DNA of 64,000 nt from Octopus vulgaris. Lineage: Eukaryota. Location of the stretch: assembly GCA_951406725.2 (NCBI GenBank), contig OX597820.1:44206001-44270000 (forward strand), given 5' to 3'. The notes beneath the pieces were generated by a model. It did no database searches. It was not told where the DNA came from and saw only the letters and a program-made list of their open reading frames with translations. Positions 13,566-28,004 of the stretch are shown piece after piece. The position numbers and the translations under genes were made by a program. The first letter of the stretch is position 1; the number at the start of each line of letters is the position of its first letter.

Positions 13566-15234
13566 TCAAGCTGTTTACACATTAATTCAATAAGTTGCTC
13601 AGTTGATCAACTTAATATTCCTCACCACAACATATAGTGATCCATTAATTTATATTCAAAAGACTCATTAAGTGTTTTGAATGACAGGAAGAGAATTTAT
13701 ATGTGAGCAAAATATCATGTATTAGATAACGAATTTAGTTTAGCAGTGAATAACGTGTACCAACAGTTTCTATATTTCTCAGTATGATCCTTGGAATTAT
13801 GCTGTGTCCGATACCAAAACCTTTTTGTATTCATTTCTCTTTACATTAAATAGTAAAGGTTTTAACTCAATCACAGCGACAATGTCTATCGTTGATAATA
13901 ATGAATTTAAAAAGAAAAGGAAGAAAACAGCCCCCTTTTTTTTTAAATTCCATGTCTCAGAAGCTTTTATCTTCAACAATAAGGAAACTAAGGAAAAAGA
14001 AATTAAACATTTACCTGCATGGATCAATGGGAGTAAAATGGAAACCGTCTGAAACTTTAGGTTCATATTTCTCCAACGCTACAAGTTCCTAAGTGAAGAC
14101 GATCTAGCGGGGCTTTTACTTCCTTGTGATGTTAAATAATTCTTTCCAATAATGGCACTAGGCCTGATATTTTGAGGAGATGAAAATCGATTACATGAAC
14201 CCCCATTAATTGAATAGTTCTTACTTTATCGACTCCCTAAAGAGGCTGAATTTGAACTCAACAATAAGTTGGAAGAAATTCTTCAACGCATCTTTCCCCT
14301 ATGCGTTAATGACTCTGCCAGCTCGCCGTCTCTTGATGCTAAACAACGTAAAATATTTTACACACAAGTCGGAGCTGTATTATAACGTGGCTAGAACAAT
14401 ATTTTGATCACCTACTTTGTAATATTTGTAATATACGTTAGCTTATCCAAAGCTGATTTTTTATGTTAATGTTTAAACCTCAGATCAGATCTTATTGCAC
14501 AGACCTGTGATCCAAAAGACCATGACCTGATCATCGTGTCTTTTTTTTCTTTTTCAGGCATTGAGCACCGGTGACAACATCATACAACGCGTCCTTCTAC
14601 TTTTAAGTCAAACGATCCGATGTGAAGCTTACCTACGGTTTCTAACTAGCAACCAGTTATATTGCTCCCCTGCATCTTGTAGAGTTTTAATAATCCCAAC
14701 ACAGAATGCAAGAGTTATTGGCCTGTAGATCGTAAATTCAAGATTACCAGTTCTCTACAGATTTTCTAGATGCGCCATCCGAACTATATTTGTCTTTAAC
14801 ATGATCCAGAAGCGTTTTATGTGTATTTGTGCCCACAAAACTATATCAAAAGCCAGTTGCCACCCAAAAATGAACATGCAACTGAGCAAGTTTGTTCTAA
14901 AGTAACAGTTGTAAGATATGCATGTGAGAATATATTGGATAGAATCGGTAGTGCATCAGAGTAATAGTAACGACCACTTACATTCTGATATCAAACTCCC
15001 ACGAGGTCAACTTTGTATTTCATACTTCGAAGAGGAAATAAAGTTAGAATAAAGCACCATTCTAGCAACAGGGTTGATATAATCGACAACCCTCTCCCGA
15101 AATTTATGAGGCCGTTCGCTAATGTAAATCAGCTTGAAATCAGTCTTTTATGTAATTCTGGTACGATCTTAGTCTTCTGGGTTTGCTTCATTCTTATGTT
15201 AATTTTAAATATGTATATCAATTGTCGCTAATCA

Positions 15235-16375
15235 GACAGAAGGAAATCTAATGGATCAACCCACCTTGTAGCATGAATGTAGCTACGAACATAGCTAGGA
15301 AATTCTTATAACTAACAGAGAACCACTTTCCACATTCACACAAATACCACAAGATCTTGAACAGAAATACTGTTAAAGTTAGCTATAGTTGCCTCCCCAA
15401 TATAGGGGTGATAATACTCAATCACATTAAACATAAACACACGAGAAACATCCCCGAAAGACAATGCAACTGTAGATCCCCAAACCGCTGCCCTCTAAAC
15501 AACAACTGTAACGAGAAAGCATTCGTATACAAGGTCAAGATCACAGACCCCAACGGAATAGCAAAGACATATATCGGAATGACGGGTAACTAGATAAAGG
15601 AAAGGTATACATAATATCTGGCGTCATTCGGAGACAAAGACAAAAACATGCAGCATTCCTGTCAAATATGATATGGATACTGAAAGACCGTTGAATAAGC
15701 AACCCACAGATAGAATAGGAAATTATTGCTAAAGCCTAAAATTACAGAGGCCGGGGTACCAAATGTGAACTCCGTATTATTGAAAAATTAAACATTATAC
15801 AATCAACAGATAACATCCTAAACATTAGGGATGAAACCTTCTTTCCCTGCATACACAAGCAATATTTTACACTCAAATATTTCAAAGAAGAGTCCCTATC
15901 CGCGACGGTAACCCACCAGTATAGCCTCTTTCCTAAACATGAACACACATAGCACACAAACTTCACGCAAAGAAGAAATATGCCCCAATGACGAACTACC
16001 TCAGCACACAACTATAAGGACACCATGCCCAGAACAAAAACAAAATAATGCAAATTCACCACACAAAACATTTACCCAAAAAACAAATCCGAGGCAAACA
16101 TCCAAAAGATGACTCTCAAGAGTATCGTCCCTTGATTCGTTGATTCCTTGTTTTATTCACACGAATTTACTAGAACCCCCGCGAACTAAAGGAGTTTATT
16201 TTCCAAAATGGAGGCGAACACCATTATACATGTGATCCGCTTGAAAAATTATTAAGACACTGGAATATTTTCAACTTTTTTTACATGAAACGAATGGTAG
16301 TCTTAATTCACAAATAAAGAAGTTATATTCACGAATGCGGTGTTGAGCACTCATTTTCATCGTTCGACATTTAAG
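15235..16375 (+). mobile_element. Degenerate PLE 3' half (CxC-linker, Hydra-clade-like GIY-YIG)
   Basis: NRNTVKVSYSCLPNI, CNCRSPNRCPLNNNC..VYKVKI..YIGMTG; ends with AATAAA…GAGCACTC and then (TA)n. Confidence 0.8.
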
Positions 16376-16501
16376 TATATATATATATACAATTGAGGTA
16401 AATGAATTAGTTATTAATCAATTTCACCAAGTATTCAGTATGTAAAGACCATTTAAGCGAATTCAAAATATTACTCTTAGTAAAATTACTTTCCATGAAC
16501 T

Positions 16502-16892
16502 ACTTTACTTGTTTCAGTCATTTTGACTGCGGCTATGTTGGAGCACCGCCTTTAGTCGAGCAAATCGACCCCAGGACTTATTCTTTGTAAGCCCAGTACT
16601 TATTCTCTTTTGCCGAACCGCCTAGTGACGGGGACGTAAACACACCAGCATCGTTTGTCAAGCAATGCTAGGGGGACAAACACAGCAGACACACAAACAC
16701 ACACATACATATATATATATATACATATATACGACAGGCTTCTTTCAGTTTCCGTCTACCAAATCCACTCACAAGGCATTGGTCGGCCCGGGGCTATAGC
16801 AGAAGACACTTGGCCAAGATGCCACGCAGTGGGACTGAACCCGGGACCATGTGGTTGGTTAGCAAGCTACTTACCACACATCCACTCCTACG

Positions 16893-16894
<2 letters not shown>
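16502..16894 (-). mobile_element. SINE family A copy
   Basis: Full-length match to the other family A copies. Confidence 0.85.
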
Positions 16895-16983
<89 letters not shown>

Positions 16984-17161
16984 AGTTTTGCGTATGCAGA
17001 GTTAGATGGAGTATAACTGCTACAAGCGAATTTCTAGCATCACGTTGCGTATCATCATCCACTCTGCCTCCAGTAAAGTGGTGTGTACTCTATAGTATTA
17101 CGGGTTGTGATATACACAGCAAAAAGAGGAGAAAAACGATAAACACCACATGCAGATTTTA

Positions 17162-17211
17162 ACCCTACGCACGTTTCGCCATTGCAGCCATTTGCATCTC
17201 CTTCAACGGGT
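17162..17211 (-). ncRNA. Decayed hammerhead motif
   Basis: Minus strand ACCC..TTGAAGG..TGCA..TGCAatggc-GAAA-CGTGCG-TA-GGGT. Confidence 0.4.
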
Positions 17212-17323
17212 ATTATCAGTGCATTTGGACGCAGATCCACAGCGTTTCTTAACACAACATAAACGCACATATACAATAATACACGCATACACACACACAC
17301 GTACACACATACACATTCACACA

Positions 17324-17354
<31 letters not shown>

Positions 17355-17690
17355 CATACATACATACATGCATTCATCCATCCATCCATACATACATACT
17401 TACATACATGTCTGTCCTCACCATGGATCCTCAACACCTTGCAGTAACGTATGGTCTGCTTTTAGCAATTTTAAAAGCTGTCGAAACCCATTCTTTTCCG
17501 AGAAAAGAAAGATGGAAAGAACCAGCCGTAGTACTGATATTTTTTATATACTTACCCAATAGTGAATAAAACAGAAAGTTCACCTCGGTGGGACTTCAAA
17601 TTCGGAGGCAGAAAACCGCATTAAATGATACAAGGCTTTCTATCCGATACATTAATAGATCAACCATTTCGATTATAAATCTATGGATCG

Positions 17691-17763
<73 letters not shown>

Positions 17764-18381
17764 CTCTTTGTCTCTTTTTGTATTTATTGTTCTTTTAAAA
17801 TATACAAAACGACCTTTCGGCATCTATCTTGTGTGCGGTCACGACCTACTTATATTTATGTATATATTTGTGTTTGTAATCATTTTCAGACCTCTTGCTT
17901 TCAAACAATATGTTAACTGTCTCACAAATAACTGACCCCTCTTTTGTATAACTTCTTATTTCCCTCTCCATCTCTCATGGGCTCTCTTTTTCAATATACA
18001 TTCCTATCTTTCTACTTCCTCTTTCTCTGTCTCTTGGGTATACTGTATTTGTTTATTCATTTCCTTATTTTACTATGCTGTTTACGAATGTTTTGTTTAT
18101 CCCTTTTGTGGTTGCCCAACTTAGTTTCTTCCTTCCTTTATCTCTTTTCGTCTATCTTCCTGTCTATCCCTCTTTTTTCTCTCGCTTCATTTTCTCACTC
18201 TTTGTTTTGTATTTTCTTTCTCCTTTTCTCTCTCCCTTTCACTTGTATCTTAATCCCTTTTATCTTTTTCAGCAAATTGCTTACTTTTCTACTTGTCTCG
18301 CAAATCACTTTATAAATTGTGATCTACCCAAATCTGCTCAAATCTAAGCATAATTTCTCTCTAAAATAATTCAATAAATTG

Positions 18382-18476
18382 TACTCTGATGATCCATTGC
18401 AGTTCAGTATCCAATTACGCGTCTAAGGTATAATGTAGAGTTACGAACAACCACAATAGTGAAACGTACGTAGGAG
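18382..18476 (+). ncRNA. Decayed hammerhead motif with long stem II
   Basis: CTGATGA at 18386, ATTG...CAAT stem, GAAA-CGTACG-TA at 18461-18472; stem I imperfect. Confidence 0.5.
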
Positions 18477-18739
18477 CAAATTATATAAACTTGTTTAATT
18501 TTAGTTTCTGGTGTATATATTTAAAGAATATGAGAGATTTAGTTCACTTTTGATCTAAAGGAATAGGTAGGCTGACCGTTAGGTTCCAAGATCACAAGAT
18601 CACGGCTAAGGCTGGATCTAAAGTCCGTGTTAGGGTTCTGTTATATCAGGTATGTATTATATAAGAGGAAAAATCAAAACCAAAACAGAACGAGTATTTC
18701 AAGTCATTTAGAATAATTCAATTTAAAGTATTAAATCTG

Positions 18740-19203
18740 TTTCTGGGATACCCAAGTGGTAGGTTAGCTTGTCCGTCATCAGAGACAGGGTATGAATATT
18801 TTAGATTGGGGAAAAATTTACAGTTTACAAGGAATAAAATTTACAGTTGATAAGGAATAAAAAAGAAGAATAAAAAATTGAAATAGATTAATAAAGAATA
18901 AAGGTACTTAGAAGAATACAGGCAGGAGAATAATGTTGACAACTCATCTGTTTCCAGAGGATATGGATGCTGGTTGGTATTTTCATGAAAATACAGGTCT
19001 TTAGTTAAGATCCCAGGCAGTGTTTTCATTGATGTTTTCATATTGTAAAATGTGTATGTAGAAACTGATGGACATAGATGGGTTTTGTGAGTGGTGTATG
19101 AGAGAGAGAGAGAGGAAAAAGAGAGAAAGAGAGGTAAGAGAAAGGAATACAAATAAGATAGTCGTAAAAGGGTAAAAAATAAGAATAAAATATAAATATA
19201 AAT

Positions 19204-19273
<70 letters not shown>

Positions 19274-20030
19274 GTAAAGGTAATGATAAAGATACATCAT
19301 AAATGGGTTTTGTGAGTGAGTGTATATGGAAGAGAGAAAAAAGGGGAATAAAAATAAAATAAGATAGAGGTAACAGGGTAAAAAATAAGAATAGAAAAAA
19401 AATAGATAGAAGTAAAGGTAATGATATATATTTCTTTACTGCCCACAAGGGGCTAAACACAGAGGGGACAAACAAGGACAGATAAAGGGATTAAGTCGAT
19501 TAAATCGACTCCAGTGTGAAACTGGTACTTTATTTATCGACCCCGAAAGGATGAAAGGCAAAGTCGACCTCGGTGGAATTTGAACTCAGAACGTAACGAC
19601 AGACGAAATACCGCTAAGCATTTCAACATGTAGAAAAAACTTTGTTTTGTTTATTTAGTAATTGCGGTGAATCTATTATGGCCCAGGATATTTTATATGG
19701 TACTTTTCTATTTATTAGATGGTGTATATAGTTGGGTAGGATGGTAGATTTGCTATGCTTCTCATACTTAAATGAGTTTATATGTGCAGAATATCTCTGT
19801 TTAAAACAGATAGTAGATCCAATATGATAGTTAGAATTATGCAATATGTTGCGAACCTAAACATTCTGCAGTGGGCTTGCAACGGGTATTCGGTCGCGGA
19901 TCGGCAATTGCATCTATCTATCCTAAGAGTGTTATTAGTGGAAAGGGAAGATGCACTACTATTTATGGAGATTTTAAAATTAAGGGTGTTATTAAAGGAT
20001 TGGCACGTATTATAATTATTGTTGTTGTTG

Positions 20031-20073
<43 letters not shown>

Positions 20074-20096
20074 GATTATGATTATTATTATTATAA

Positions 20097-20146
<50 letters not shown>

Positions 20147-20316
20147 GTCGTTTGTAGTAGTAGTGGTATTATCACTCAATAACATGTTTATCATTACCTT
20201 TACTGTTTTTAGTTTATTTTTATTATTTTTATTTATATTTTTATTGTTATTTTATTCTTATTTTTACCCTTTTACCACTATCTTATTTTTTATTCCTTTT
20301 TCCTATCTACCTTTCT

Positions 20317-20359
<43 letters not shown>

Positions 20360-20700
20360 ATCATACATCCACTTACAAAACCCATTTATGTCCATCATAC
20401 TTTCTATAAACACATTTACAATATGAATACATCATTCAAAATGCTGTCAAAATACTGCCTGGATATACCTGGGATATTAACTAAAGCCCTGTACTTTCAT
20501 GGACGTACCGACCAACATCCATACCCTCTGAGGTGAATTGAGAACATTATTTTCTTGCCTATATTCTTCTAACTACTCTTTATTCTTCTATTTTAATCTT
20601 TTATTCTTCCATATATAATCAGTGAATTCTATTCTTTGTAAGCTGTAAATTTTTCCCGTCTAAAATATTCATACCTTGCCACTGATGACGGAATACACAG
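18740..20700. mobile_element. Old head-to-head PLE pair with GIY-YIG remnant between the arms
   Basis: ~18770-19425 is a diverged reverse complement of ~20185-20695, and both outer ends carry CTGATGACGG. The minus strand at 19640-19930 encodes CNCR..PL..C and IGST..FKQRYSAHINSF..ISWAII. Confidence 0.65.
19430..19624 (-). mobile_element. SINE family B copy nested in the old PLE pair
   Basis: Core and tail blocks in reverse complement. Confidence 0.85.
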
Positions 20701-20778
20701 TGCATGGACATGCTAACGATTGTAACACTTCAAATTAAATTACTCTAAATGATTTGAGATACTCGTTCTGCTTTGGTC

Positions 20779-20840
<62 letters not shown>

Positions 20841-20920
20841 CCTTCGTGAATGTATGTTTATGTGTGTATGTGTATATGTAGATATATGTCTGTCGGCATG
20901 AACATTTGTACTGATATATG

Positions 20921-20960
<40 letters not shown>

Positions 20961-21712
20961 TACCTACCTACATACATACATATACATGTAAATGAATATG
21001 TATGCATATATGGTGCGTGTGTATATGTGTGTGATATAGATGGAGGATATATTGTGCATATATAAACCATTTGCAATCCTATTTGTTTTCTTTTTACCTT
21101 TTCTTTCTCTCTCACTATATGTGAGTGCCTATGTCTGTGTGGATGTGTATATGTGCGTATATATATATATGTATACATATATACACACATATACATGCAA
21201 ATATATACATATACATATATACACATATCTATATACATATCTACATACATAAATACGCACATATGCGCAGTCTTTCAAATATGTTACACATAATAAAGTG
21301 AACATATTCTTTTTGTTCATCGACATTTATATTATTTATATTCATATTCAATGAGTAATCTCTATACAGTTATCTCATGAATATATATTTGAATTAGTTA
21401 CATATTTTTGACCTCTTGACCTTCGTTTAGGCAGGCAATAAAATACGATGGACCAACTAACACAAAAGTTTCCAACAGGGGACCAAGCAATTTTATTTTC
21501 AACCTGTAAATAGATTGTATTGCCCGCAAGGTATTTGCAGCCAAAAACTTTCAGAAACTTCGATTACTTGCTAGCGGTAATAGGCCAGCGAAATAGAAAT
21601 AAGATATAGTTATAAAGTTGGAGTTATTATAATCTGTCTTTCAAACAACTAAGTCTACGGTTATAAAATAGGAAATTTGATTTCGAACTTGTTCAGGAAT
21701 AGAACATATACA

Positions 21713-21812
<100 letters not shown>

Positions 21813-21825
21813 TATATATATACAT

Positions 21826-21880
<55 letters not shown>

Positions 21881-21945
21881 CCTATATGCTTATATTCCAA
21901 TATATATATGTATGTATACAAAGACGAATATATATGTATATTATA

Positions 21946-21981
<36 letters not shown>

Positions 21982-21982
<1 letters not shown>

Positions 21983-22515
21983 TAGACTAGACTTCTCGTG
22001 ACCCGTTGGGTCACCGGGGAAGTCTGAGTTTCCCAGCAATGGAGGTTTGTTTCGTAAATTTCTTTCTTTTCCATGTTATTTCGCACGCTTTCAATGAATC
22101 TGACATCGAAATCACGCGTAAACGGCTCATTTCCCCAGAAAAGGAAAAATTTAGCTGTTATTTTTTGCAGGTCCTGCTACTACGTAACAGGTATTTCGGG
22201 TCCTTTATCGTAAATAGCAGTTACGTGGTGGCAGGTCGTACTAAAAGTAGTAGCCAAATCTTAGGAGGCCAGATATGATGAATGCACTCGAAAGAAACCT
22301 ATGGAAAAGTACCATTTCACACCAAGGTTACGAACGGGTCATTTACGAAATATTTACCGTATTTTTAAAGTTATTTTCTCTTTGAAATATTTTACCCATA
22401 TAATGTGTCTAGTGTAAAGGTTGGAGTTTCTTCCTTTACAGGGTTAAGTATTTTCGGAGTATTTTCCTATTATGAGCCAGTTTAGGTGTGTAACATTGCA
22501 AGCAAGCAAGCAAGA
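21982..22515 (-). mobile_element. Non-autonomous Helitron-like element
   Basis: Hairpin GTGACCC-GTT-GGGTCAC (21998-22014) next to terminal CTAG|T; candidate 5' A|TC at 22515. Confidence 0.55.
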
Positions 22516-22520
22516 TTGAA

Positions 22521-22551
<31 letters not shown>

Positions 22552-22553
<2 letters not shown>

Positions 22554-22913
22554 CGCAGGTAAGTAGCTTGCTTATCAACCACTTTGGGCAAGTTTCTTCT
22601 ACTATAGCCTCGGGCTGACCAAAGCCTTGTGAGTAGGTTTGGTAGATGGGAACTGAAAGAAGCCCGTCGTATATTTATGTGTGTGTTCGAGTGTATGTGT
22701 GTGTGTGTGCGTTTGTTTTTGCCCTCCCCCAACATTGCTTGACAACCGATGCTGGTATGTTTACGCCCCGTAACTTAGCGGTTCGGCAAAAGAGACCGAT
22801 AGAATAAGTACTAGGCTCATAGAGAATAAGTCCTGGAGTCGATTTGCTAGACTGAAGATGGTACTCCAGCATAGCCGCAGTCAAATGACTAAAACAAATA
22901 AAAGAATAAAAGA
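22552..22913 (+). mobile_element. SINE family A copy (head partly deleted)
   Basis: Same head, core and tail blocks. Confidence 0.8.
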
Positions 22914-23000
22914 ATATATACATATTGTATATACAAGAATATATACAATGTCTACCTGACATTGTCAGTCTTTCAACGTAAAGCGTGCGTGTTTGTATTA

Positions 23001-23083
<83 letters not shown>

Positions 23084-23869
23084 GTGTGTGTGTGTGATTC
23101 ATGCTATGTGCTTAGACACGGTGAACATTATCAGAATTACCGACTCGAGTCGAATAGAGCAAGACACTCCAACCTTCCTGTGAATGAATTTTGGACTCAC
23201 TACCTTGTACATGTGGAGGGATCGCGGGTTCGAATCTCAGACCAGGCGATGTGTGTGTTTATGAGCGAAAAAATCTAAGCTCCACTCGACTCCAGCAGAA
23301 GAGGAAATGGCGAACTTCTGCTGATTCTTTCGCCACACAACTTTCTCTCATTCTTTTCTCCTGCATCTAGCAGCCTACCTGCGACGGCCTGGCCTCCCGT
23401 CTAAGAGGGGAACCTATACGCCAATGAAACCGGGAAACCGACCCTTATGAGGCACGGCTCGAGAAGGAGCAGACAAAAACAACAACCTTGTACTGGACAT
23501 TGGGTAATGTAATGTATTAAGACAAAGTCATACGCACGGTTCAGATAACAGTACATTAAATGATAAGGAAGTTTAATCTCTTATGCTAACAATTCGCCCT
23601 TTATATGTAGAAAGGGTCGTTTAAATGACCTGACCATATATAAAAGGGGAATTCCATCAATTTGTTTATATTTTGCTATGTCTTAAAATGAGGAATACTT
23701 TGCGTAAGGGATGAAATTACATTTTTATTTATTGCACGATTATCTGAATCGTGCGTATCAAATGCATTCAAAGCATCGTTAATTGGTTTGACTTTGTTTT
23801 ATGCATTAAATATACATACACACACAAACACAGATACACACACTCTCTCTTTCTCTCTCTCTCTCTCTC

Positions 23870-23909
<40 letters not shown>

Positions 23910-24449
23910 ATACATACACATACACATGGACGGCCGATAAACACTCACACTAATACCGTTAATGTCGAATGTTTGAAAATGTCTCTACATAACGAAACAT
24001 TTCGAAATTACTTGACAGAAAAATTGTCTGTTCTATCATTTACTTAAAGAGGCAAATAACTGGCATGTTTCTATTGCTTCTATATCACATGCAGACTACA
24101 CGGGAATGCATGAACTCCTGTTCACATCTTCCTGTGATTCTTACTGCTTGAAAACGAACTTCTTTTCCGTCTTGTATTTTTTATATTAGTATCATTCATT
24201 GGACTGGGCGATGCAGTATTATAATGGGTTTAGTCGAACAAATAGATTCCATTTCTTATATTAAATCTAGTTTTTTATTTTTATCGATGTGTTATCGTCG
24301 AAGTCCAAAATTACGGGGATGCGTACAAAAGAACACCGACTTTCACACGGTGAGAGACAAACATAAAAACGCACATAGACATACACACATATCCACAGGT
24401 GCATAATTAAACTGCATACATTGCATATATATATATATATATATATATA

Positions 24450-25372
24450 AGAAGAAATGAGGTATTCAGAAATTTAGATGGTTTTATATTTACAGATAAT
24501 TATTAGTATGTTACATGTTTTTATAAATCATATATCATATATTATAGACTCCAATAGAGTGGATGAAAGCGCTATTATATAATACATGATATATGATATC
24601 ACCTTGATCACCTTGACCGACCAGTCCGTCAGGCGTCCATTTGACACCGCTGGTCACAGCACGCTGTCCACTCCTCTCTGGATCGCGCCTTTCTCATCCA
24701 CGTGATCCCAATCGTCCTCCTGAAATCGTAACTCCACCGTCGTGGAGGTCTTCCGGGTGGTCTTTTCCGCTCACGCGGGTACCACTCGACAACTGCGTGC
24801 GTCCACCGATTATCGGTGAGCCGGGCGACGTGTCCAGCCCATCTATACTTGCTGCGTGTATACTCTGCGATGACATCTCGCACGCCGGACTTCTTTCTGA
24901 TGATCTCGCTACTTATGTGCTCACTCACCAAGATACCAAGCAGTGACCTTTCCATGGCTCTTTGAGCCGTTACCAGTCTTTGCTTTTCTCTCTTTGTGGT
25001 AGCCCATGTTTCACTACCATATAACATTGCAGGCAGTACTGCACTGTTAATGAGGTTGGCGCGGGTGGTTCTGTCCAACCTTCCCTTGAGCACATCCCTT
25101 ATGCCATTGAACGCCTTCCATCCGGCCCTTACTCTCCGTGAGATCTCCTTTTCGATATCTCAGCACATATTTACTTGGCTCATATTTACTTGGAACATAT
25201 TATTATAAATCATATATCATATATCAGGAGTTCATATATATGAACTCCTGATATATGATTTATAAAAACATGTAACATACTAATAAATATCTGTAAATAT
25301 AAAACCATCCAGATTTCTGAGTACCTCATTTCTTCTAATATATAATACCTGTACATCATCTCCAAACCTTCT
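24450..25372. mobile_element. Palindromic tail-out element in (TA)n, interrupted by an RTE fragment
   Basis: 24450-24535 is the reverse complement of 25252-25337; perfect inner palindrome 25221-25254; 21-bp direct repeat at 24521-24541 and 25203-25223. Confidence 0.7.
24597..25155 (-). mobile_element. 5'-truncated RTE-clade LINE (C-terminal ORF region and 3' tail)
   Basis: VLPAMLYGSETW, AQRAMERSLLG, RWAGHVAR, RPPGRPPRRW motifs; tail (CAAGGTGAT)2. Confidence 0.9.
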
Positions 25373-25373
25373 A

Positions 25374-25409
<36 letters not shown>

Positions 25410-25480
25410 TATTTGATATTTTTATAAGAAAAATTATTGTTATTCTGGATAGGAAACTGACTGAATCGTTGGCATATCAG

Positions 25481-25547
<67 letters not shown>

Positions 25548-26343
25548 CTGTGTGCTTATGTACGTATATATACAAACGTATAAATATATACATCCAAATG
25601 GATAGATATATATATCATGTATTTACATTTTGCAGCGCCAAGGACCGCGCCCGGAGGAGGCAGGCGCAGGAGAGGTTGTGTAGTTATTAGCTTGCTTAAC
25701 AACCACATGGTTCTGGGTTCAGTCACACTGCGTGGCACCTTGGGCAAGTCTCTTCTAATATAGCTTCGAGCCAACCAAAGCCTTGCGAGTGAACTTGGTA
25801 GACAGAAACTGAAAGCCCGTCGTATATATATGTATATGTATGCTTGTGTGTATGCGTGTGTGTGTGTGTGTGTGTGTGTGCGTGCGTGTGTGTGTTTGTA
25901 TCTGCGTGTGCATGCGTGACTGCGAGTGCATAAATTTGTGAGTATAAACCTGTGTTACTGAAACTTATTTAAATTAGCTCTTCAAAAATGTGTCGCAATG
26001 TCTTAGACCGAGCTTCGCTGAAGTGATCTAATAAGGCCGAAGCATAATCATAATTAATTTCATTTAATTGAAATTTCTATGTTGTATCCTCTGTCTTTTT
26101 TTAACAGCATTGCGCATTTAGATAATGATTGTTTTATTGAATAAATGCGTAATTTAATTTGTTAACATTGATTGTCTTATTACATCATGTACTTAACACC
26201 CACTTTAGCATTAAATTATCATGCAGAACGCACTCTAGGTATTTTTTCTTCGATCATATTTTTAAGTTATAATGCCAGTTTTGTGTTCATAAAAAAAACT
26301 GGACATATCTCTGTTGTCATCTAAAATCAGTAGTGACGTTTCA

Positions 26344-26382
26344 TTCGCTGATGAAGTTTCATAAGATCGAAACACGTCAAAG
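26344..26382 (+). ncRNA. Decayed minimal hammerhead motif
   Basis: CTGATGA-14 nt-GAAA-CACG-TC; stems imperfect. Confidence 0.4.
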
Positions 26383-26928
26383 ATTATCTCCGCACTGATA
26401 AAATTGAGGTTAATTCCCCACTGCATTCCATATCAAATGACTTTTTTTATTCAATTTCTTTCTTACTGTATAAAATATCCTGGCATGCAGTTGTGTATAA
26501 AAATGTGACGCAACAAGAATCTCTGTGCGTTTTTCCACAAATCATTCTTGTATATATATAAGTTCATACATGGGTAAGTGCGTATATGTATATATATGTA
26601 ATATGCATGCGTGTGCGCGGTGCGTGTTTGTGTGTGTGTGTGTGTGTGTGAGTGTGTGTGCGTGTGTGTATGTGTGTATGTGTGTGAGTGTGTGTGCGTG
26701 TGTGTATGTGTGTGTGTGTGTGTGACTTCTACACAGAAATAGATAAAAAAAAAACGGATATGTCCACATACACATAAGCAAATATATTAGATAGACAAAG
26801 ACAGACGGTTAAATGGATGGATGGATGGATACATACATACATACATACATACATACATACATACATACATGATGCATACATGCATGCATGCATGCACACA
26901 TACATACATACATACATACATACATACG

Positions 26929-26960
<32 letters not shown>

Positions 26961-27030
26961 CACACATACACAGATATACAAACACACAGATGCGCACATG
27001 TGCAATCACCAACATAATTGTAAATAGATA

Positions 27031-27421
27031 TGCATGGCTGTGTGGTAAGTAACTAGCTTATGAACCACATAGTTCCGGGTTCAGTCCCACTGCGTGGCAC
27101 CTTGTACAAGTGTCTTCTACTATAGCCTCGGGCCGACCAAAGCCCTGTGAGTGGAATTGGTAGACGGAAACTGAAAGAAGCCCGTCGTATATATGTATAT
27201 TGTGAGTGTATATGTTTGTGTGTGTGTGTTTGTCCCCCCAGCATCGCTTGACAACCGATACTGGTGTGTTTACGTCTTCGTAACTTAGCGGTTCGACAAA
27301 AGGGAAGATAAAATAAGTACTAGACTTACGAAGAATAAGTCCTGGGGTCGATTTGCTCGACTAAAGGCGGTGCTCCAGCATGGCCACAGTCAAATGACTG
27401 AAACGAGTAAAAGAATAAAAG

Positions 27422-27423
<2 letters not shown>
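27031..27423 (+). mobile_element. SINE family A copy
   Basis: Same head, core and tail blocks. Confidence 0.85.
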
Positions 27424-27460
<37 letters not shown>

Positions 27461-27930
27461 TAAGCGTAGTTATATTTCCTGTGTCTTGACACACACTCAC
27501 GCACACATACACACATACGTACGTAAACACACACCCACTCATGCACTCTCTCTCTCTCTCTCTCTCTCTCGGTCTCTTTTACTCTCTCTCTCCGTTTCTA
27601 TCAGCCTCCCTCTCTCTTTCTGTCTATGCCTCTCTCTCTCTCTCTCTGCCTCTCTCTCTCTCTCTTTCTCCCTCACGCACACATACACACAGACACTTCC
27701 ACAACACACACCCACTCATGCGTGCGCATACAGTGAAGCGAATGCTCGTATACAATAACCAGGTACCCAAATGCATACACACAGTCACCTTTACGCATGC
27801 GTACATTCAAGCATACGTTCACACATATACGCGCGTGCAGAAGAGAAAATGCAAGTATACCTACACACACTCGTGCAAACAGGTACAGTCACGCTAAGCC
27901 GGGCACTCTACATATATAAAAACACACCTC

Positions 27931-28000
<70 letters not shown>

Positions 28001-28004
28001 CTTT

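Noticed and set aside
14540-14660. Splice-acceptor-like TTTTCAG exon candidate
   Set aside because: No good donor or homology, and the context looks like a decayed interspersed repeat.
21400-21510. Minus-strand exon candidate after TTTACAG
   Set aside because: Short open frames without a recognisable product or strong donor.
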